This document shows, piece after piece, positions 9,358 to 17,581 of a stretch of DNA of 64,000 nucleotides. The notes below the pieces were generated by a model, which was not told the origin of the DNA, ran no database searches, and saw only the letters and a program-made list of their open reading frames with translations. The stretch is taken from positions 5,261 to 69,260 of the forward strand of contig JABITN010000188.1 in assembly GCA_018700525.1 (NCBI GenBank). Direction: 5' to 3'. The stretch comes from Opitutales bacterium (lineage in GTDB: Bacteria; Verrucomicrobiota; Verrucomicrobiia; Opitutales; Opitutaceae). Numbering within the stretch: the stretch's first letter is position 1; each line of letters starts with the position of its first letter. The position numbers were made by a program, and so were the translations under genes.

Positions 9358-9359
9358 CG

Positions 9360-10985
9360 ATGAATAATCACGCGAATAACCCCAGTGTACAGAGCTATAC
9401 TCACGAAGCAATGGCTTGCGAGTTCACGTTTCATCTTCTTGGCGAACGTTCTTCACTCATGGATTCAGCGGTTGCGGAAGCCGAAGAACTATTGGCCAAT
9501 ATTGAAGATCGTCTCAGCCTTTATGTGGAAAATAGCGACACTTGCCGCATCAACCGGGCAAAGGTGGGCGAAACTGTTCTGGTAAGCGAAGAAACTGTGA
9601 GCTGCCTACTACAGGCATTCGATGCAAGTGCTCGCCTTGACGGAAAATTTCACCCTTTTATGGGATTGGCGGCACTGACCTCGAAAAAACAAGAAGAAGC
9701 GGTTGGGCGTTTTCTCAATCTGCATAATGAATCGCCGTTCTCGCAGGAGCCGGTGATCGCAATGGACCCAGAGAGTAACGCGATTCAAAAACTGCGCGAG
9801 GGTCCCCTACTCGACTTAGGCGGGATCGGAAAAGGGTACGCGCTTGATCGTCTCGCCGCCCTTTTTCGTGAATGGAATTTCAATCAGGGTCTGCTTGAGT
9901 CGGCCGGCAGTACATTCGTCGCTATGGATGTCCCTGAAGGTGAATCTGGCTGGGACCTGGAAGTTGGATATGGATCATCGACACGCTTCGTATCGCTAAC
10001 CCCCGGCAACGCTTTGGCGAGTTCAGGCGAACTTTTCCAGGGTACCCACGTGATTGATCCCCATTCGAATTCGATAGAGAACCTTTGGAAGCGCAGCTAT
10101 GCATTCGCCGAAAACGGGGCTCTGGCTGATGCCGCGAGTACTGCTGCATTATTGCTGGGTAGCGATTCGCTTACTGCGATTTCGCAAATGAACGAACCGT
10201 TGTCCTTCGCTCTCCATGCGAAGGCGGAAACGTTTTCTAGCGGGGAATTTTTCGCGCAGGATGATGACGCCGATCGACTCGCTCGAATACTTTTGGTCGT
10301 TCCTTGCTACAAAGAGAGTAAGCGTCTGCCGGTTTTCCTGCCAGAGCTATGCCAAGCGATTGGCGAATCGGAACTTCCGGTGATTATTCAAGTTGTCGAC
10401 GACGGCTCGCCTGGCGATGAGCCTGAAACTCTCAAAAGCATCGTTACGGGACTTCGAGAGAAATTTTCATTCTTGAACGAACCGCTCCTCCTCAAAGGCA
10501 ATCTAGGCAAGGGCGGCGCGATCCGGGCTGGATGGGATAGTGGCAATGGCTTCGGTCATCTTGCATTCGTTGACGCCGATGGGGCCGTTCCGGCAGCAGA
10601 GGTCGTCCGTGTTTTAAACGGAGCAGAAGCTGAGACGGTTTATCTAGCGGTTAGAGATTCGGAAAATACTCCCAATCTTGAACGTGCCTTGTCTCGAAAA
10701 ATCGTCGCTCGAATATTCAATTGGCTCATTCGCATTCGGTATGCTATCCGTATTTCGGATACTCAATGCGGATTTAAGATCATACCCGAATCTTTCTATC
10801 TCTCCGTTCGTGAGCAACTCGTTCAGCGCGGTTACGCATTCGATCTAGAACTGATCCTTTTGGCGAAGAAGAGTGGCTGTTCGATTAAGACAGTCCCGGT
10901 CGAATGGACAGAAATGCCCGGCGGAACCACCAATTTGAAAGACGGCCTCACCTTCCTTAAGCAGCTAATCAAGCACTCGATCTAG
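9360..10985 (+). CDS. fusion protein: ApbE-like FAD:protein FMN transferase domain plus GT2 polyprenyl-phosphate glycosyltransferase domain
   Basis: The N-terminal half carries the ApbE motifs LDLGGIGKGYALDRL and GTHVIDPHS. The C-terminal half carries the GT2 motifs VVPCYKES, VVDDGSPGDE, VDADGA and SDTQCGFK. The ATG lies 2 nt after the upstream stop. No signal peptide and no TM segment is present. Confidence 0.85.
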   Translation: MNNHANNPSVQSYTHEAMACEFTFHLLGERSSLMDSAVAEAEELLANIEDRLSLYVENSDTCRINRAKVGETVLVSEETVSCLLQAFDASARLDGKFHPFMGLAALTSKKQEEAVGRFLNLHNESPFSQEPVIAMDPESNAIQKLREGPLLDLGGIGKGYALDRLAALFREWNFNQGLLESAGSTFVAMDVPEGESGWDLEVGYGSSTRFVSLTPGNALASSGELFQGTHVIDPHSNSIENLWKRSYAFAENGALADAASTAALLLGSDSLTAISQMNEPLSFALHAKAETFSSGEFFAQDDDADRLARILLVVPCYKESKRLPVFLPELCQAIGESELPVIIQVVDDGSPGDEPETLKSIVTGLREKFSFLNEPLLLKGNLGKGGAIRAGWDSGNGFGHLAFVDADGAVPAAEVVRVLNGAEAETVYLAVRDSENTPNLERALSRKIVARIFNWLIRIRYAIRISDTQCGFKIIPESFYLSVREQLVQRGYAFDLELILLAKKSGCSIKTVPVEWTEMPGGTTNLKDGLTFLKQLIKHSI

Positions 10986-11149
10986 TATATCCAGCTAGTA
11001 AATTGGAGCAGTGCCGACGCTTGGGTTGAACAATGAGTTCGGAGACCACGATCCACTTGATAGGTTTTTGATTCGTGGCTCTAGACGTTTCCAGTGACAG
11101 GGCCGATGGTCCCCTCGGCTCCATGTCCTCTGCTAAAAACAACCAAACG

Positions 11150-11869
11150 CTAAGGAACGATCGATGCCCAAGCCATTTTTCGGGCGACTTTCGATACGGC
11201 CTTTTTCGATGTCTTTAGAGTGAACGTTATCGGACTGATAATAATTCGACCTCCTTTGATCAGCTGGTTTTGCGGCTTTTTTTTAAACCGGCGATAGCTT
11301 TCCACGTCCGATGTAAGACGTTCGTACCTGTGGCGTGAATCATTGACTCTTCCTGCACGATCGAGAGTTCTCTTGGCCGGCCTTTGCGGACTTTCCCTAG
11401 ATGTTGGTGCACGCAGTTGTTCTTCAGGTCTTGTCGGCGGCATACGAAAAGAAGCATTCGAAGCGTAATAATTGGACAGCGGTGTTGAATCTTCTCGTAG
11501 CAGCGAATCCCTTAAATTCGATTCAAGCCTGCTTGGTAGCAAGATTTCTCTGGGAGTAATTCTTCGATATGAAGAGGGGTTGGCACGCTTGGAGCTACTA
11601 GAGTCCTGATGGCTTTGATATTCCCATTTTTTGGCCTTCTCGAAATCTTTAGGGACGCCTTTGCCCGAACGGTAAAGGTATGCTAACGTTGACCGAGCGT
11701 CACGATCGCCCTCGGAAGCTTTACGCTTTATCTCCTCCAGATAATTACCACCGAACGACCAACAGCAACACGCAAGCATTGCTAAAATCGAAAAGATGAG
11801 TTTATGCCCGCACACCGATTTGACATTGGCTAATAGAAACCAACGAGCAAGCGGAATGAGGATATGCAA
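11150..11869 (-). CDS. Sel1-repeat protein with a long basic, disordered C-terminal tail
   Basis: It has one clear Sel1/TPR-like repeat (ASEGDRDARSTLAYLYRSGKGVPKDFEKAKKW) after a hydrophobic N-terminus. The exact start codon is uncertain (TTG at 11869). Confidence 0.55.
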   Translation of the reverse strand: MHILIPLARWFLLANVKSVCGHKLIFSILAMLACCCWSFGGNYLEEIKRKASEGDRDARSTLAYLYRSGKGVPKDFEKAKKWEYQSHQDSSSSKRANPSSYRRITPREILLPSRLESNLRDSLLREDSTPLSNYYASNASFRMPPTRPEEQLRAPTSRESPQRPAKRTLDRAGRVNDSRHRYERLTSDVESYRRFKKKPQNQLIKGGRIIISPITFTLKTSKKAVSKVARKMAWASIVP

Positions 11870-11924
11870 GGCGATTCATATTCTATTGAAGGAACCGCTC
11901 CTTCTCGTTACCCATAAATATGCC

Positions 11925-13298
11925 TTACCCGCTCATCGTCGGCATATCCGGAAGATCGTACATGGCTATCATATACGGGTGGTCTTTTCGGTATTCGGTG
12001 AGCGGCTTGGCATTTTCTATACGCCCAATTGGGCGGTTGTTTCGACCGACAACACCTAGCGCCTCGTCGCCAATGTCTTCGCGTATTGCTTTTGCTTTTG
12101 CGGAAAGCGCCACTACGATTTCGACTTCTTCGTTATAACAATTGGTCGTTTCGCTAACGTCGTTGCGCAAATTATAGAGCTCGAATATCTCCGTATCTCC
12201 TTTTCTGAAGTGTAGTTTCCAGTCCCCTACTCGTATCGCTTCGAGTGTATTCTGGGCGTAGTAATGAAAGACGTCATTGCCCATGGAATTGGTTTCGTCG
12301 AACATCAAGCCACTAATATCGTTCCCGTCAATAATCCGTTCCGTGGATACCGATTCTCCGGCAAGTTTAGAAAATGTCGGAAAAAAGTCCATCGACGTGA
12401 CGAGTGCCTCGGAGACCGTGCCGCTAGCGATTTTGTTGGGCCAACGCATAACACAAGGAACCCGTTGCCCCCCCTCCCAAGTGGTTGCCTTTGTGCCACG
12501 GCAAGGCTGATTGCTGCCCCCTTCGTCTCGAGCGCGAGACCCATTGTCGCTTGTAAAGACGATTAGGGTATTGTCGCTCAGTCCCAATTGCTCTAACTGA
12601 TCCATCAGGATGCCCATACTCCAATCGATGCATTCAACTGCTCCACCGTAAGCTCCGTTGTTCGATCGTTCGAGGAACTGCTGAGGCACGAACAGAGGCA
12701 CGTGTACGTACATGTGAGCCAGGTAGAGGAAAAACGGACGGGTTTGGTTCTTATTGATGAATTGAAGCGCTTCGTCGGTGTAGCGCTCGGTGATCCCGCG
12801 TTGATCCGGTTGGGCTTGGATTACGGTTTCGTTACGGAGCAATGGCAATGGAGGACAATCTGGGCGATTCGACTGCCGGCCCATGTCATTGCTGTAGGGT
12901 ATTCCGAAATACTCGTCGAAACCGTGGCGCGTGGGCAAGAATTCCGGTTGGTCGCCGCAGTGCCACTTGCCGATAATCTTGGTCGCATAACCAGCGCTTT
13001 GCAACTGGGTAGCAACGGTGGTTTCCGACGCATTCAAACCAATATCGTCGCCAGGAAACAGCACGATCTTTCCATTGAAGCTGCCAAATCCAATTCGAGG
13101 CGGATAGCAGCCAGTCATCATCGCCCCGCGTGAGGGCGAGCAAACCGCCGAAGCCATGTAGAAATCCGTAAAACGTTTTCCTTCGGCAGCGAGTCTATCT
13201 AGGTTGGGAGTGTTATTGCGTGAAGAGCCGTAGCAAGCTAAGTCGCCATAACCGAGATCGTCGCAGTTAATGAGGATGATGTTGGGTTTTTCGCTCAT
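11925..13298 (-). CDS. Cys-type sulfatase (arylsulfatase A family) without a recognisable signal peptide
   Basis: The motifs NIILINCDDLGYGDL and CSPSRGAMMTG (C-x-P-x-R) are present. The ATG at 13298 gives MSEKPNIILI. The ORF is also open to a TTG at 13376, but that extension is not signal-like. Confidence 0.9.
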   Translation of the reverse strand: MSEKPNIILINCDDLGYGDLACYGSSRNNTPNLDRLAAEGKRFTDFYMASAVCSPSRGAMMTGCYPPRIGFGSFNGKIVLFPGDDIGLNASETTVATQLQSAGYATKIIGKWHCGDQPEFLPTRHGFDEYFGIPYSNDMGRQSNRPDCPPLPLLRNETVIQAQPDQRGITERYTDEALQFINKNQTRPFFLYLAHMYVHVPLFVPQQFLERSNNGAYGGAVECIDWSMGILMDQLEQLGLSDNTLIVFTSDNGSRARDEGGSNQPCRGTKATTWEGGQRVPCVMRWPNKIASGTVSEALVTSMDFFPTFSKLAGESVSTERIIDGNDISGLMFDETNSMGNDVFHYYAQNTLEAIRVGDWKLHFRKGDTEIFELYNLRNDVSETTNCYNEEVEIVVALSAKAKAIREDIGDEALGVVGRNNRPIGRIENAKPLTEYRKDHPYMIAMYDLPDMPTMSG

Positions 13299-13447
13299 AG
13301 GTAATTGGAGGGCTAATCCATAACCCCAATGATATCGGGGAAGGTCAAGAGTGGATGGAACGAAACCGCTGAACAAGGATAGGCGGTTTTAAACGCGGTC
13401 TGAGCATCGTTTCGCGAATAGGGATTGAACCCAACCGCATTCGTAGA

Positions 13448-14224
13448 ATGATTTCCCATATGCCAAAACTGTCAGCGGGAACGCGAGCTCTCTTAATCCT
13501 TAACGGACTTTTCTTTGTTGTGACCTACTGGGTCCCAAACATGAGGAATCGCATGGTCGATTGGTTTGCTCTGTTTTTTCCGATGAATGATCATTTTCAG
13601 ATGTGGCAATTCATAAGCAGTCTTTTCATGCATGGAAGTGTAACTCATCTGTTTTTCAATATGTTTGCTCTTTTCTCCTTTGGTATGATTTTGGAGGCTC
13701 TTTGGGGAACCCGCAAGTTCATCGCCTTCTACTTCATCGTTGGCATCGGCGCAGGGTTGATTTATATAGGAGTAAACTATTTCGAGTTCAAGGGCGTGTA
13801 CAAAGAGTTGCTGGAACTCGGTTTTAGGCCGGTTGAAATTCAAGCCCTTCTCGATACCGGATACATCAATCCTAAAATTGGATCACAAATAGCGGATGGA
13901 AAACTACAGGAATTCTATAGTCACTACAACGGACCTGTCCTTGGGGCTTCCGGGGCTATCTATGGTATCCTAGTTGCCTTTGGCATGATGTTCCCTAATG
14001 CTAAATTAGCGTTTTTATTCATACCTGTTCCTGTCGCCGCCAAGTACATCATTCCAGCTCTGCTCGTGTTCGATCTCTTTTCGGGCGTCACTGGGTTTTC
14101 CCTTTTCGGAGGTAATATCGGGCATTTTGCCCATATCGGCGGAGCAATTATCGGGTTCCTTCTTATGCTCTACTGGAAACCTAACGCTAAGATCGGTAGT
14201 AGTTTTATCAGCACGTCCGAATGA
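13448..14224 (+). CDS. rhomboid-family intramembrane serine protease
   Basis: Polytopic protein carrying the catalytic GASGAIYG motif. The His sits in HFAHIGGAIIGF, and a HGSVTHLFFNM motif is also present. Confidence 0.9.
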   Translation: MISHMPKLSAGTRALLILNGLFFVVTYWVPNMRNRMVDWFALFFPMNDHFQMWQFISSLFMHGSVTHLFFNMFALFSFGMILEALWGTRKFIAFYFIVGIGAGLIYIGVNYFEFKGVYKELLELGFRPVEIQALLDTGYINPKIGSQIADGKLQEFYSHYNGPVLGASGAIYGILVAFGMMFPNAKLAFLFIPVPVAAKYIIPALLVFDLFSGVTGFSLFGGNIGHFAHIGGAIIGFLLMLYWKPNAKIGSSFISTSE

Positions 14225-14442
14225 CGTTTTCGCGACGTCCGCAGAATGAGTCACGCCCTCGATTTTTTAGATGGATACTCGCTCGTCGTGGGAACCTAGA
14301 GACGGTTTGCGTCAATCGGTTGTAGAGCGAAATCTTTTAGATCCGAGGACGCAAGAAGCTCGACTAAAAGACTTTTTCGGTTACTGGACGGAAATGAAGA
14401 GAGAAGTTTATTTGGAGGTTAAGACGGAATTCTAAGCTCGAT

Positions 14443-14853
14443 ATGCGAAGGATTTCCCTCAAACTTAACATGTACTTGTTCCTTGGTCTCTGCCTGGGAT
14501 GGGTCGGATATTGTCAAACGCTTAATATAGATCGATTGAAAGCGAATTACCTAGTAGCCTTTACTGAATTCGCCCGATGGGATGGCAAGCTGGAAACTGC
14601 CAATATGACCATAGGATTCTTCGGCAGCAAAGAATTAGCGAGAGACCTTCGTAGTATAACCCACAATAAGTCCAAAGGCCGACCTATTAAGATTTTAAAA
14701 ATGAAGAAAGGTGAAACTGATCGCCTGTATTACATTGATATAATATTCGCCAGTTCTGGATCTACTAAACAATGGTACGCGATCAAGGAACGTTGCAAAG
14801 AATACAATAGATTGGTGATCGGTGAGCAGAGCGAGTTCATCGAAGAAGGATGA
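14443..14853 (+). CDS. YfiR-family (DUF4154) periplasmic protein
   Basis: A signal peptide is followed by LKANYLVAFTEFARWD and the GRPIKIL...IIFAS pattern typical of DUF4154/YfiR. The stop overlaps the kinase start (ATGA). Confidence 0.8.
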   Translation: MRRISLKLNMYLFLGLCLGWVGYCQTLNIDRLKANYLVAFTEFARWDGKLETANMTIGFFGSKELARDLRSITHNKSKGRPIKILKMKKGETDRLYYIDIIFASSGSTKQWYAIKERCKEYNRLVIGEQSEFIEEG

Positions 14854-16832
14854 AGCCACTTAACAGAATGATAGGCACTTTCCTGAAGGACTTGCCCATT
14901 TCTCGGAAAATCATCGTAATAACGATGACTTCGAGTTTAGTGACGCTAACCTTGCTGCTGGCGCTAACATTCATGCGCGACTGGAATCTGCTGGTTGAGC
15001 GAAAAGAGAACGAACTCGAAGCACTGTCCCTTATTCTCGAGAGCAATACCGTTGCCTCGTTGCGATTCAACGACCCCCTTACGGCTAAGCAGTATGTAGA
15101 TACATTTCAATCGATTCCCGATATTGCAAGCGTCAGTATATACACGAACCAAGATATCCTCTTTGCCAATTTTTCACGAAACGATTCGCTGTCCCCTCGC
15201 CCCGCGCCTATTGAATTCGGGGCTCAGTGGGAAAAGAACCGATTGTTCTACGGAGCAAAGATCACCTCCGACTCTCAGCTCGTCGGTAAAATCTTAATAT
15301 CACTATACACACGGGCGTTTGAAGCAGCATTTTGGGAACGAATATGGATTAGCGTAATCCTGCTGTTCGCAGGTCTTTTGATCACTGGATTACTGGCCTG
15401 GAGGCTTCAGCTTTTGATAGTAAAGCCAATCAAAGAGCTCGTTGACATGAGCCTATTGGTTGCCAAGAGGGGAGATTATAAGCTTCGGGCAGTCAAGCAG
15501 TCCAATGACGAAATTGGCTCCCTTGTCGAAAATTTTAACTACATGCTTGAGGCGATTCAGTTGAGAGAAGAAACCTTACTTAAAGCGAATGTAAATCTCG
15601 AACAAGTCGTCGAAAATCGAACAAAGGACCTTCACAACAGAAACCAAGTGCTTAATCTAGCGATCGAAACTGCGAACGCGGCTAATGCGGCAAAAAGCGA
15701 TTTTTTGGCGACTACGAGTCACGAACTCAGGAATCCGCTCAATCCGATTATCGGATATGTGGATAAGCTCCTCTTCAACGAGCCGAACGGAGAAAGCGCG
15801 CCCGAACTTGAAGTGATCAAGCAATCTGCTGAACTTCTGCTTAGACTTATAGACGATATATTGGATTTCAGTCGTATTGAACGCGGCGACATTCGGATTG
15901 AGAAAAGCGATATTGATCTTCAAAAATTCTACCGCGACACTCTCTATTTGATGCAGCCTCAGGTTGACCTTAAGGGATTGGACCTTCGTTATGAGCATCG
16001 TTTCACTGGCGATTCTCCATTCGATGCGCGACCTGTTATCATTACCGACATCGGACGACTCAAACAAATCGTTCTCAATTTCGTAGGCAACGCTATTAAG
16101 TTTACAAAGGAAGGCTCCATTTTCGTGAAATCAAAGATCGAGTCCGAGCCTCAAGGCGATAATTTCCTATATATCGAAATTTCAGATACAGGAATAGGAA
16201 TAAGGGAGGAGGATCTTAAAAAGCTCTTCAAGCCGTTTACTCAAGTCGATGCCCGCCTTAGCAGGCAATACGGTGGGATGGGCTTAGGCTTGGCTATTTC
16301 GCGGAAATTCGCTCAAGCTTTAGGTGGCGATATTGGTTGTCGGAGCAAAGTGGGAGTTGGAAGCAGCTTTTGGATACGCGTCCCGGTTGGTCTGAAGAAG
16401 ATTTCCTACGAAGAGGATAGTGCGGTAGAAACAGTCGTCGCTTCGCTAAAGATTGGGCAAGGCTCTGTCTTGTTAGTCGAAGACGAACTGGTAAATCGCG
16501 AACTTGGCGCCGTGCTGCTTAAAAGCATCGGCTATGAAGTCGTCTGCGCGGGGGATGGTTTCGAGGCTCTGGAAATCTACAAAACGCGATTGTTCGATAT
16601 TGTACTCCTCGATATCCGAATGCCAGGAATGGATGGTTTCGAAACCGCTATCAAATTGCGCCAACTTGATGATCCCGGGAAGCAACCGCCAATTGTAGCT
16701 GTTTCAGCTCATGTGACGCCCCGAGACAAGGAGCACTGCCTTGAGGTCGGTATTAACGGATCATTGCGAAAACCGCTAACGCTTCAAAAGCTTTCCGAGA
16801 CGCTGGAGAAGTGGCTCCGCCCGAATTCGTAG
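14850..16832 (+). CDS. hybrid sensor histidine kinase/response regulator with a CHASE8-like periplasmic domain and HAMP
   Basis: Two TM segments flank a ~130-aa periplasmic domain (NTVASLRFNDPLTAKQYVDTF). A HAMP domain follows. The H-box is SHELRNPLNPIIGY, and the ATPase boxes are NAIKFT, DTGIGI and GGMGLGLAI. The C-terminal receiver reads LLDIRMPGMDG. Confidence 0.92.
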   Translation: MKPLNRMIGTFLKDLPISRKIIVITMTSSLVTLTLLLALTFMRDWNLLVERKENELEALSLILESNTVASLRFNDPLTAKQYVDTFQSIPDIASVSIYTNQDILFANFSRNDSLSPRPAPIEFGAQWEKNRLFYGAKITSDSQLVGKILISLYTRAFEAAFWERIWISVILLFAGLLITGLLAWRLQLLIVKPIKELVDMSLLVAKRGDYKLRAVKQSNDEIGSLVENFNYMLEAIQLREETLLKANVNLEQVVENRTKDLHNRNQVLNLAIETANAANAAKSDFLATTSHELRNPLNPIIGYVDKLLFNEPNGESAPELEVIKQSAELLLRLIDDILDFSRIERGDIRIEKSDIDLQKFYRDTLYLMQPQVDLKGLDLRYEHRFTGDSPFDARPVIITDIGRLKQIVLNFVGNAIKFTKEGSIFVKSKIESEPQGDNFLYIEISDTGIGIREEDLKKLFKPFTQVDARLSRQYGGMGLGLAISRKFAQALGGDIGCRSKVGVGSSFWIRVPVGLKKISYEEDSAVETVVASLKIGQGSVLLVEDELVNRELGAVLLKSIGYEVVCAGDGFEALEIYKTRLFDIVLLDIRMPGMDGFETAIKLRQLDDPGKQPPIVAVSAHVTPRDKEHCLEVGINGSLRKPLTLQKLSETLEKWLRPNS

Positions 16833-17107
16833 CCGAATGCTGATTCAGGGGTTAATTAGGCACCTGAGATGATCAATAATTGACGCAGCGGAGTCCCTAA
16901 TCCAAAATTCCAACGGTTATGGGTCATTGTTCAAATCCTGTGTCCTTTTTTGACTTCAATGCCGTAATTACAAGGGATGATCCCGCATCCCGCTACCTCG
17001 TTTCATGACTGTTTCCCGAAACTGGTACTTCAAATTCGATTCGCGTCCCGCAGCCAAGGCGAGGCAGACCGCAATCACCCGAAATTCTCGAAACCCCAAT
17101 CAAGCAT

Positions 17108-17581
17108 ATGAGTAAAATTACCCTAAAGATCAACGGAAAGGAGCGGCCAGTCGACGTCTCTTCCGACATGCCCTTGCTGTGGGCGCTCCGCGACAAACTA
17201 AACATGACTGGGACGAAATACTCTTGCGGCATCGGCCAATGCGGAGCCTGTACCGTCCTATTAGATGGAACGCCAATGCGAGCCTGCATCACCCCAGCGG
17301 CTAGCGTAGCTGGCATGAATATAACGACCATCGAGGGACTCCACCCCGAAGGTGAACATCCAGTCCAGAAAGCTTGGCATAAAATCGATGTTCCGCAATG
17401 CGGCTACTGCCAAGGAGGTCAAATTCTTACCGCTGTTTCGCTCCTCGAGCGCAATCAAAACCCAAGTGACGCTGACATCGATGCCGCCCATTCAGGAAAC
17501 ATCTGCCGCTGCGGCACTTATCACCGAATTCGAAAAGCGGTCAAACTCGCAGCTCGATACAAGAGAGGAGGTGCAAAATGA
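17108..17581 (+). CDS. iorA: (2Fe-2S)-binding small subunit of a molybdopterin oxidoreductase (IorA/aldehyde oxidoreductase type)
   Basis: It carries the motifs CGIGQCGACTV and CGYCQGG...CRCGTY. The stop overlaps the next gene's start as ATGA. Confidence 0.9.
   Translation: MSKITLKINGKERPVDVSSDMPLLWALRDKLNMTGTKYSCGIGQCGACTVLLDGTPMRACITPAASVAGMNITTIEGLHPEGEHPVQKAWHKIDVPQCGYCQGGQILTAVSLLERNQNPSDADIDAAHSGNICRCGTYHRIRKAVKLAARYKRGGAK

Noticed and set aside
9306-9359. Upstream extension of the ApbE::GT2 ORF overlapping the GT-C gene by 52 nt
   Set aside because: The in-frame ATG at 9360 sits 2 nt after the upstream stop. The extension adds no recognisable sequence.
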